Shown here piece after piece: positions 1 to 11,700 of a DNA stretch of 64,000 nt. The position numbers and the translations under genes were made by a program. Under the pieces are notes generated by a model. The model had not been told where the DNA came from, made no database searches, and saw only the letters and a program-made list of their open reading frames with translations. Numbering within the stretch: position 1 is the stretch's first letter; the number at the start of each line of letters is the position of its first letter. Source of the stretch: Ministeria vibrans ATCC 50519 (Eukaryota; Protista; Filasterea); the NCBI GenBank assembly GCA_943704425.1, contig CALSCP010000905.1, forward strand, positions 62,001 through 126,000, read 5' to 3'.

Positions 1-3000
1 AGATTGATGGGCGCGCCGGATGGGGTCGCGCCAAACGCACCAGCAGTGCCCCAGGTGGCATTACTCGCACCAAATCCCAAGCTGTGGCAGGCAATTTGCG
101 CATTGACTCCTTGCTGATAGACGGCTCGAGGGGTGCCCCAACCTGCGTTGCAAACTGTTCCCCATACATTGTCGACAAACATCTCCAGACGACCCTGCCA
201 TGGCACATCGCCACCCACAAGACGCAACGTGCCAACAGCACCAAACGTGACGACAGGCCCAAAGTGGGTTGTCTGTGGCAGAATGGTTGTTGGCTGCACA
301 CGATCGGCCGTGAACAATTGACCAGCACACCGAATGGCTGCATCGTTGCTGTGGTCACAGTCGTGGTCACCAATCGGGTTGTGTTCACAGGTTGCCAAAC
401 CTTGTTCGTAGCCATTGCATCGGACTTCGTCAAGCCAAATTGGAACAGTGGTAGGCAGTTCAGGGAACGGATTGGGCTGAAGAAGCACGGCCGCGGTCGC
501 TGGCATTCCAAGTTGATAACACACAATCTGTGCGAAGCGCTCCGCAACGACCGTACTGCCAAAATCGGCACAGACGGTACCCCACTTGCCCTGGTAGACC
601 ACCTCAACGGTGCCCTCAGACAACGTGCTCCCACGAACGAGACGCACCGATCCTTCCACAAGCGTGGGAGCCGCCTCGTTGGCAGCTGTGGTGGGCACAG
701 CGATCATCAGAGCACTGGTGGTATCTACGCCCGTTTCAAATTGACCACCGCACTGGATGGCCACCGAGTCGCTCACTTCGCATCCAGATTGGTTCAAATG
801 AGCACACTGCAAAACGTTCCATTCGTCTCCGGCACAGCTCAAAGCGCCGATACTCACAAAAGTGGCGGACGGCATTCCAAAGAGTGACTCGGCCGAGGGC
901 GTCGTCAAACGACCAAACACCGACACGGCTGTGCTTGGCAATCCCATTTGTATGCAAGCAACACGCGCATTTTCCATATTTATCACCGCTCCTGTCGTCG
1001 GACTCAGCCAGCCGTTGTCGCAAACGGCGCCCCAGAATCCCTGAAAAAGAATTTCAAGGTAGCCAGCGCTGCTGTTGGTACCACCCACAAGACGCACTGT
1101 GCCCGCGGGAATGTCTACTACGGGCGCCACGCTTGTCTCTACCGCGACTTCCGTCGTCTGTGCAAAGACGCCTTGGGTCTCCACAACGCCTGCACAGCGA
1201 AGGCCCACCACTTCGCCAAGGGTACAGTCCGACTGGCCTACGGGCGCATGACTGCACTGTGCCAATACGTTCGTCTCGGTGCCACTGCACACCAGATCAT
1301 CCAGGACAAAGGGAGGCGGAACAGCAAAGGGCTGCGGAAACTGAGATTCGACAAAGGCCGTGGGAGATGAGGTAGGCAAACCCATAGAGGCGCACACGGC
1401 GCGTGCGGTGCCACGACTCGCTTGTGAAGATGAGAAGCCAGCGTCGTCGCACACATAGCCCCACTCGCCGCTGAGCGACATTTGCAAGAGACCTTCCAGG
1501 TCTGACTCGCAGCCCACAAGGCGAAATGTGCCATCAGGTGCGCTGGTTACAAGAGAGGGCACCACGCTACTTGCAGCACACGTTCCAACAGGAACACCGC
1601 TTGCCTCAACCGTGGCATTCTCACAGCGTAGAGCTACATCATCAGCATGTGTACACGCACCAGGACCCACAGAGTAGGAGCAATCAAACAGCGTGCCTTC
1701 GTCGCCTTGGCAATTTAGCGTCGCTACCTGAACGGGACCATCGTGGACCGAGGCAAAAGGATCGGCCGCCACAACTGTGGCACCACTAAAATCCAGGCCC
1801 ATTTGGCGGCACGCCACTTGCGGTGCCGCCGAACCCGCGCCCCAGCCATCCTTACACACCGTGCCCCACTCCGCATTGACAACAATCTGCAAAAGACCCT
1901 CGGCCTTTGAGAGACCGCCCACAAGACGAAGTGAACCGGGACTGCTTGTGGTCGACAGGGTCACCATCGTTGACTGAGGACCAGGCATGATCGTTGTCAA
2001 CGCATCGGTGTCAGCGCCACAGAAAAGACCCACGTCCTGCGCATGACTACAGCTTCCCGCTCCCGTCACATGCGTGCACGCCAACAGACTCGTNNNNNNN
2101 NNNNNNNNNNNNNNNNNNNNNNNNNNNNNNNNNNNNNNNNNNNNNNNNNNNNNNNNNNNNNNNNNNNNNNNNNNNNNNNNNNNNNNNNNNNNNNNNNNNN
2201 NNNNNNNNNNNNNNNNNNNNNNNNNNNNNNNNNNNNNNNNNNNNNNNNNNNNNNNNNNNNNNNNNNNNNNNNNNNNNNNNNNNNNNNNNNNNNNNNNNNN
2301 NNNNNNNNNNNNNNNNNNNNNNNNNNNNNNNNNNNNNNNNNNNNNNNNNNNNNNNNNNNNNNNNNNNNNNNNNNNNNNNNNNNNNNNNNNNNNNNNNNNN
2401 NNNNNNNNNNNNNNNNNNNNNNNNNNNNNNNNNNNNNNNNNNNNNNNNNNNNNNNNNNNNNNNNNNNNNNNNNNNNNNNNNNNNNNNNNNNNNNNNNNNN
2501 NNNNNNNNNNNNNNNNNNNNNNNNNNNNNNNNNNNNNNNNNNNNNNNNNNNNNNNNNNNNNNNNNNNNNNNNNNNNNNNNNNNNNNNNNNNNNNNNNNNN
2601 NNNNNNNNNNNACGTGCCACCCACGAGACGAACAGAGCCGGCTACGGCGGTTGAAATGGATTCCGGTGTGAGCTGAGTTGTCGTAGCTAGAGACGTGGCC
2701 TCATTGACGGGGCCATTTCCAGAACAAAACAGACCCACATCTTGAGTGTGTGAGCAACTTCCAGGACCTGGAGAGTGCGGACAATCCCAGAGGGTTGTTT
2801 CGGAGCCCGAACATTGCAGCGAGGAGAGCTGAATTGGACCTCTGTTGGCCAAAGGGACTGTGGGCATGGGTACGACAAGAGGACTGCCGTCGGGAAGTCC
2901 CATCTGGAGACAGGCAATAGACGGCGCACGTGAGCTCAATTCCCAGCCTGAGGCGTCGCAAACGGTTCCCCACACACCATTGGAGAACACTTGCAGAAGC

Positions 3001-3891
3001 CCATTGTTTTCTGAGGTTCCGCCCACGAGTCGAAGGGAGCCAGTCGTTGTCAACGTGCTCTGAGAGGCCTCCGGCTCGACAACAGCAGAATTTGTGGGCT
3101 CCAGAGCAAATAAAACTGTGCTCTCGTCGGGCGAGTGGCTCGCAATCGTCGCAGAGGGAAGCTCACAGCGGACTCCGACGAGGTCGGTCGCCTCGCAATC
3201 GCCCGGTTGTGTGTGCGAACAGTCGACGAGGCGCTGCTCCATCCCAGTACACTCAACAGCTTTGTAAGCTGGCGTCACCACAGAGCCAAGAACAGCGGGA
3301 AGTGGGTCGGTCGCTGCGGGGGCAGCATAGCCGAGTTGACGACAGGCAACACTGACGTTGGTGACGTTGAAAGGCGACGCTGTCCACGACGCACGGCACA
3401 CCGGCGCCCAAGTGCCCCCAATGATCACTTCAACCCGGCCAGATTGCGCGTCCACACCGTCGGCCAGGCGCAACGAGAAGTCAGGTTCGGCTCCAGTCGG
3501 CGGAGACGGCGCGACCGCAGTGCACAGCACGGCGGCAAACGTCTGCGCGTCGCTGGGCGAGCACGTACCGGCGGACACGGTGTGGGCGCAGTCCGACAGC
3601 CTCACCTCACTCCCATCGCACTGGAAGTTGCTGAGAGTCGCGCTGAGGACAAACGGCTGCGGCGACGACGGCACAAGCGCGGCCGGGACGCTGCGCGCGG
3701 CCGAGAAGGGTAGGCCGAGTTCGCGACAGACGACGATTGCGTCTGTGTCGCTCCAGCCGTCGTTGCAGATCGCCCCCGTGGTCGGGAAGGGTCCGCTGAG
3801 GTCGAATGTGGTCACGACACCCAGCGACCCCGGCAGGATTGCATTGAAGGCACCGACAGCGTTGACAACAACCGCAAAACCGAAAATCACC
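1..3891 (-). CDS. Secreted or surface protein with at least 9 tandem SRCR (scavenger receptor cysteine-rich) domains; 3' end runs off the window; start codon unresolved
   Basis: Manual minus-strand translation gives a signal-like VIFGFAVVVNAVGA followed by repeated SRCR signatures: LRLADGVDAQSGRVEVIIGGTWAPVC...ACRQLGY, LRLVGGTSENNGLLQVFSNGVWGTVCD, RLVGGTNSSAGYLEILFQGFWGAVCDNGW, LRLVGGDVPWQGRLEMFVDNVWGTVCN. N gap at 2094-2611. Absent from the ORF track, probably because there is no stop in the window. Confidence 0.92.
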
Positions 3892-4821
3892 CTAGGCCGC
3901 AAAAAGGAAAGAAAAAAATGAATAAAGTTTGATGAGAGTGATTTTTTGTTTGTTTTATATATAATTGTATCGTTATATTAAAAAGAGCTGGAACACGTCT
4001 CATGACATATTCGGTGGCAAAATAATAAACATTGGCACGGCAGCAACCCCAACGCCGGTTATGATTTTTGTATATTTGTTATGAATGATAATATTATGAA
4101 CAATATTCACTTCATCCACAGCAGTCCCAAGGGTTTCCGCTGAACGGTTCGACAGAGCACGTAATAAAATTTTCACCATTGCTAGCCGCTAGGCATCACA
4201 CTGGCCAAACGTCTGTCGCACTGCCAAATTTTTAATTTTGTTGGTGCGAAAATTGACTCTCTCTCTCTTTGGGTTTCGGTCAAAACGAAATAAACTGCGC
4301 GATATATCGCCTGGGGTTAGAACGACACATAGGGTGTTGACCAATGGTTATTGTCGTCTGTTGGCCCTGGTCTGGGTCTCGCTAGTGCGCTGTGTGGCTG
4401 ACGGGACGAGATACTCTGGAAGAAGTCAATTCGAACCTCATTAAAAATGCAGCAACACTAAAGCCGGCGAGCGGCAAGTCTACACCCCTCATGAAACACG
4501 TAGTCTGAGTAAATATAACACCCCTTGGAAGCGTTAAAAAAGTGAAACCCACAATAAGAGGCAAACCCACAAAAGAAAAATTATGTTTCCGTTTGTATAT
4601 CCAACCATTTGTGGGAGTTGACCACGCCAAGGACCCGCAAGAAGGTGCCTGCACGCGGTACGGTGTAAGAGGAGTATTAAACTCCTGTATGAATGGCTAT
4701 CGGGCATGGAGGTGCCCATGTTCTGCACTTGTGTGTGTGTCCCGTGGTTGGAAAATGGCCCACAAACAGAACACAAACAATCGCTCTGCGTGCCCTACGC
4801 CCTACGCCGTCGTTGCTTCGT

Positions 4822-5400
4822 CAAACCCGGCTGGCAGCCACACTAGATTTAGTAGAAGACTTAGATTTCGAGTTGATGGCAATAATGGGGGAGGAGAGGA
4901 GGTGAGTTTGGGAAAAGAGGGATGACTTGCAGAACATTGCGGGTTTCATCGTTGGGTGTACCCTGTGCCATCCCCACTTTCCTCCGCCCTGCTGATCAGA
5001 TTTATTCTTCTTCACCTCTTCCAATATTGCAAGGTACGCTGCGTAATACTGTTTGCTAGAGAAGAGGAGGGCGGGAGGATAGAGGGAGGGCTTGGAGAGA
5101 GGTGGAGAGAATGAAGGTCTACCGTTTCTCTACTTCCGACTTCTTTGATGTGTGAGGGCGTTGTGTTTGATGTACCATATGGATGATCTGCATGTAACTA
5201 ACCCCGGCTCTCAGTTGCTCAGCGAGGCCGAGTATTGAGACGAATAAACTCATAAAGTTTGAAGTGTAACAAACGAACCACAAACCCGCAAACTCGTCTG
5301 CAACAATTTTCCTCAATGCAACAGCTGTTTGCGCGGCTGCTCCCCTCCATCCTCTCTCATCAGAGACGTGGCAAGATATCTATGGACTATGAGCTCCTTT
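4822..5400 (-). other. Possible small spliced gene or gene relic of unknown function
   Basis: An intron-like segment (gtagac...polypyrimidine...ctctag, about 5056-5121) joins QLRAGVSYMQIIHMVH...EKR to KQYYAAYLAILEEVKK in frame. No recognisable homology and no clear start. Confidence 0.25.
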
Positions 5401-5779
5401 CGGGGCATTTTCATGTAGCATGCTCTGTTTTGTTTTGTGTGAAACTGGGGGTTTCGGACTTGAACAATCATAAAAATTAATAATAATAATATAATAATAA
5501 TAATAATAATAATATATTATTATTGAGTTCCATTGTTATGAAAGTACGTGTGCGTGCGTGTGCCATATAAGACTACTAATAGAGCTAGAGTGTGAATGTG
5601 TCTTTCGGTTTACAAAGTCGTTGTTGAGAAAATGCTGTGCAACTCTCCATAATAATAATAATTTTTTAATAATTTTAATAATAATAATAATTATTATAAT
5701 TATAGTCACATTAAAAATTATACTATTTGTCTGGTGAGTGCAATATACTCATTCGTTCTTCTTCCACGTTTAGTCTAGA

Positions 5780-8700
5780 ATGATCTCGACGCTTCTTCTT
5801 GTGGTCATCTGCTTGGGTCGCGAAGTAGCGGCTCAATACTACTACAAACCGTATGCAAAGCACCCGTCAAACAACAGAGCCTTTTGCATCTTCTTTAATT
5901 TTTTATCCTTTAAGATCTGTCGATGGAGTTTGCTCGTCCAATTACTGCGAATATCGATACAGGTGATTTACCAAAAAAATGTTCATAACAATAATATTAT
6001 TATTATCATTATAATAATGATTTTTTTTTCTTCCTAGTCAAACTCTTTGTTTGTACTGTCCTACGTACGGCACTGGCTCAACCTACTGCGACGACTGTCC
6101 AGCGGGATACTACAACAATCCCAATCGGTGCTATTGCACAGCAACACAAGCGGGATACGTAATAATTATGAGAAAATTGTAGTTGATAAGGAGTTGATAA
6201 TAATTCCAATTTTTGAAATTTCCCTTTTGTGCTTTTGGTAGTACTCAACCGGTACAGGCATTCGATATGCCTGCTCGACTTGTCCTTACGGAGTTTCTAA
6301 AGGTGAACAACACAAAATTTACTGTAATTAAACTGATCCCACATCTGTTTCATTTTCTCACTCAGCGTGCACTTCGACCACAAATACCGTTTGCAACCCG
6401 ATTAGCTACTACAAAGCGTATATAATAGTGCCAATATAACGCCCCGATAACCATTACTGACTTATTGTTTTTGTGTACTCTCATTTCAGGTCAACTGAGG
6501 GCATTTGCAATTCCTACCCAAACTTTTGCGAATATCGATCAAGGTCAGTTGATAGTAATAATAATAATTATTATTATTAATGATCGCGGCTTATAAATGA
6601 ATTATTATTAATAATTATATCTTTAATCCTGTCTGATGGACACAGCCAAACTTTGTGTCTCAACTGCGGCTACTATGGAAGCGGGTAAGCGGAGTACTAA
6701 TTATTAATTTATAATTATTCCAATAATAATAAAAATATTATTCTTATTTTACCTAGGAGCACTTACTGTGATAATTGTCCTCCCGGATACCGCGACAATG
6801 GCAACCGGTGCAACTGCGTTGCTTGCTCGGCGGGCCAGGTATTCAAGACAAAAGTTCAACAAGACACTCTAATTGTCTCACGTCATTCATTTTGTACAGT
6901 ACTCCACTGGCACGGGTGTCTGCTACGCCTGGACCAACTGTGTGGCGGGTAGCACCTACCAGACAACCGCGCCGTCGGCTACGCAGAATCGCGTGTGTGC
7001 CGCCTGCACCAATTGTGGAGCTCAAGGTGTACAGACAGGTTTGATGCATACATAAACAGAATAGTTAGAATAGAAATAATTTTAATACGCTTGAAATGCT
7101 TTTGCGCAGCATGCACGACCACTACCAACACCGTGTGCCTACCGACGTCTTACAACAAAGGGTATGCATATGTCAGATTTAAGCGTGTACACTGAAATTC
7201 ACACTCTTGCTTATTGTAGAACGGTGGATGGTGTGTGCAAGGCGAACCATTGCGAATACACCGCATCGTACGACATCTTTACCCGCCGGAGTTTTGCGTT
7301 TCTCATTTTTTTTTTGAAATAGACAAACACTGTGTCTCAACTGTGGATACTACGGCACTTCGACGAGTACGACTGTCTCAAGCACTCTCTCGTCGCTCAA
7401 ATCACCGTCTCATCAAGCTTTTCTTTTCTTTTGTCTTTTTGTGTCTCTTTGCAAACACACAATACAACAGCGTACTGCACGAACTGCCCTGCAGGATACC
7501 GCAACAATGGCAACCGGTGCAACTGCGTTGCTTGCTCGGCGGGCCAGGTATTCAAGACAAAAGTTCAACAAGACACTCTAATTGTCTCACGTCATTCATT
7601 TTGTGCAGTACTCCACTGGCACGGGTGTCTGCTACGCCTGGACCAACTGTGTGGCGGGTAGCACCTACCAGACAACTGCGCCGTCGGCTACGCAGAATCG
7701 CGTGTGTGNNNNNNNNNNNNNNNNNNNNNNNNNNNNNNNNNNNNNNNNNNNNNNNNNNNNNNNNNNNNNNNNNNNNNNNNNNNNNNNNNNNNNNNNNNNN
7801 NNNNNCATTTTGTGCAGTACTCCACTGGCACGGGTGTCTGCTACGCCTGGACCAACTGTGTGGCGGGTAGCACCTACCAGACAACTGCGCCGTCGGCTAC
7901 GCAGAATCGCGTGTGTACCGCCTGTACAGCGTGCGCTACGGGCGTGACCACAGGTAATGCTCATTTACACGATACTAAGACATCGTAAATATTATATTAA
8001 TAATTATAAATTATTATGCCTCCTTCTTCGTATGTTTGTTTTCTTCTTCTTATATTCTTAGCGTGCACAACCACAAAAGATACCGTGTGCAACGGTTGTC
8101 GCAAAGGATACTGTCTGGGTACCACAAATTATGGGACCTATGAGCCCTACTACTACAAGTACGTCTTTGCAAAAGCCTATTATTATTTTTCTATTATCAA
8201 TTTATATAAATTAATAATTATTTTTGTTTTGTTTTTATTATTATTGTTTTTGTTATTATTGTTTTTATTATTATTGTTTTTATTGTTTTTATTATTATTA
8301 TTATAATAATTATTATTATTATTCTTTATGACTCCCGACTTTTTTGAATTCATAGTTACGGTACCGGGACATGCCTTTCATGTGCTCAATACGGCGACAC
8401 CTACTGCAATGTTTGTTCACCGGGCTATGGCACTTCGAACACGGACTACTGCAACTGTCTCGCGTGCGGCCCTGGCAAGCGTTCGCTCAGCAACATTTGC
8501 CAGGCGTGTCCAGCGGGCACGTTCAGTACAGGAGCGGCAAACACGGCGTGTGCCACTTGGCGTACATGTGCCGCTGGGACATATCAGTCGGTGGCACCAA
8601 CGGCTTCGCGTGATCGCACGTGCTCCAGCTGCACTACATGCACATCGACACAGTATCTTGTCACGGCATGCACTGCCACTGCTAATGCAGTCTGCGCCGC

Positions 8701-11700
8701 TTGTGGCGGAGCCTGCGCGGCGGGAACATATCTTTCGCGTGCATGCTCCTCCACTGCCAATCGCCTCTGCTCGCTCTGTACAACGTGTGTGTCGGGAAGT
8801 CAATACGAGACTCGTGCTTGCACTGCGACTCAAAACCGACTGTGCTCTGCGTGCTCGCCGACCTCGTGCGGTGCCAACACCTACCAAACCACTGCGTGTA
8901 CTCCCACGACCAACCGTGTTTGTTCCACTTGTCGCACAACCTGTGCCGCGGGGACGTACGAATCCACAGCGTGCACCAGCACAACCAACCGTGTGTGTAC
9001 TACATGCACTGCTGCATGCAGTGGAAACACCTACCAAACCACTGCGTGTACTGCAACAACCAAGTAAGCGAACCTTTTTGATCAATTTCCATACTAATTT
9101 ATTTACACTGCAACAACAATAATAAGCATAATAATAATAATAATAACATTTGATATAAATTATTTTATTATTATCATTATTATTGTTGTTCTTATTATTA
9201 TAATTATATAATTCATGTCTCACTCGCCATTATTTCTTGTGTGTTTCCTCTCAATTTCAGTCGTGTGTGCAAAACATGCACTGCGTGTGCGTCAAACCAG
9301 TACCAAACGCGAGCTTGTAGTAGCACACTCAATCGACTGTGTGCTCTCTGTGGTGGCACCTGCGGAGCTGGAACCTACTTGAGCTCAGCGTGCACTGCGA
9401 CCGCGGATCGGTAAGGAATTCACGCCCGACCGCAAACAAGACAATTACTTTCTTCTTATCCTATTTTTTTTTTTTGACGTTTCTTTCTTCAAGGGTGTGT
9501 TCCTCATGCACTACGTGCTCCTCCACGCAGTACCAAACGACCGCGTGCAGTGCCACGCAAAATCGCATCTGCGCTACTTGCAGAACGTGTGTAACGGGAC
9601 AGTATCAAACATCCGCTTGCTCTCTCACTGCCAATCGCGTGTGTGCTACATGCTCTACTTGTACCTCTTTGCAGTACCAGACAAGTGACTGCACGGCCAC
9701 AGCAAATCGCGTTTGCGCCACCTGCTCGGTTTGCACAAGCGGCACCTACCAAACGGTCGCCTGTGGTGGCACCCAAAATCGCGTGTGCAAAGCTTGCCGT
9801 ATTGCCTGCACGTCGGGCACGTACGAGAGTGCCTCGTGTACCGCCACAAGCGACCGAGTCTGCTCCACATGCCGTACCTGCGCGGTTGGAACCTACGAGA
9901 CCACCGCGTGTACCGCGAGCACAAACCGCGTGTGTTCTTCCTGTCAGGCCACGTGCGCCAGCGGTACCTACGAGTCAACCGCCTGCACATCCACCTCGAA
10001 CCGTGTTTGCTCCACCTGTCGAGCCACTTGTACTGCCGGCTTCTACGAGTCGACCGCTTGCACGGCAACCACAAATCGAGTGTGCTCCTCATGCATTGCT
10101 TGTGCTAGCGGTCAGTATCAGTCTGTTGCATGCTCCGCAACCCAAAATCGAGTGTGTCTACCTTGCCGCAGTGCTTGCACCGCAGGTACCTACGAGTCAA
10201 CAACATGTTCGTCGACAACCAACCGTGTGTGCTCCACTTGTCGTGGTCCTTGCACTGCGGGCACGTACCAGGTGATCGGGTGCACCCCGACAACGAATCT
10301 GTACTGTGCCTCGTGTCGTTCGTCATGTGGTGCAAACACATATGAGTCGACGGCGTGCACTGCCACGTCGAACCGGGTATGCTCTACCTGCACTGCCGCC
10401 TGTGGTGCAGGTACCTTCGAAACCACTGCCTGTACAGCAACGACAAATCGGGTCTGCACTTCGTGTCGAGCGCCTTGCGGTACGGGCACGTACGAATCGA
10501 CAAGCTGTTCTGCCAGTTCCAACCGTGTGTGCACGTCATGTCGCAGTGCATGCGCAAGTGGCACATACGAAAGCACAGCGTGCACTGCAACCACCAATCG
10601 AGTCTGCTCCAGCTGTAAAACATGCATGGTGGGTCAATTTGCAGCCACTGCATGTACTTCCACCTCTGATACGGTCTGCCAAGGCTGCAGGGCGGCGTGC
10701 TCTGGCGAATATTACGAGTCGACCGCTTGCACAATCTCCTCCAATCGAGTGTGCTCACCGTGCTTGGCCTCTTGTGTTGGAGAGAAATATGAGACGCGCG
10801 CATGCACTTCGACCACAAATCGCGTTTGTACAACATGTACAAGTGAGTGCAGCGGCGAGACGTACGAGACGACGGCATGTTCGAGCACTGTCAATCGCGT
10901 GTGCAGCGCATGTCGAGCCAAATGTGCGACGGGCTATTTTGAGGCGCGCGGATGCACTTCCCTGCTCGACCGTGTCTGCCAAAAGTGCTCCGCTTGCGCA
11001 GCCGGCTACAGTATTCGCGTGGGAACTTGTACAGGCAGTATCGACGCCACTTGCGACGATGTGGCCTCACCCGTCTTCACGTCGTGTCCCTCCAATGTGG
11101 CCGGTGTCACAAACGTGGGCGCCACCGGTACGGTGACATGGGTCGCGCCGGTCGCAACGGATAACTCGGGATCCTCACCGACTATCACTGGCACTGCGAC
11201 TTCGGGTTCGACAAAGTTTCCTCTTGGCTCAACAGGCGTTTCTTTTGTCGCCATCGATGCCGCTGGAAACTCGGCCACTTGTTCATTTACTGTGACTATT
11301 TCAGACAACGTTAAACCTGTGATTAGCGGCTGTCCCTCGTCACGAACGCTAAACACATCACCGGGCGCCAACACAGGCACTGCCTCGTGGACTGCACCCA
11401 CCGCGACCGACAACATTGCAGTGACGTCGCTCACCAGCACGCACTCGTCGGGCTCTGCGTTCCCCGTGTCCGCACCCACAACGGTGACATACACTGCAGT
11501 TGACGCCGCCGGCAACACCGCCACCTGTTCCTTCCCTGNNNNNNNNNNNNNNNNNNNNNNNNNNNNNNNNNNNNNNNNNNNNNNNNNNNNNNNNNNNNNN
11601 NNNNNNNNNNNNNNNNNNNNNNNNNNNNNNNNNNNNNNNNNNNNNNNNNNNNNNNNNNNNNNNNNNNNNNNNNNNNNNNNNNNNNNNNNNNNNNNNNNNN

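Noticed and set aside
1994-2676. ORFs spanning N runs (also 34809-36131 and 11358-12050)
   Set aside because: They are open only because of Ns.
84-3921. Plus-strand ORFs of 130-280 aa
   Set aside because: They are antisense shadows of the minus-strand SRCR frame.
7806-7918. Third copy of the YSTGTGVCYAW exon
   Set aside because: It duplicates sequence just across a ~97-N gap and may be an unmerged contig overlap, so it was not counted as a real copy.
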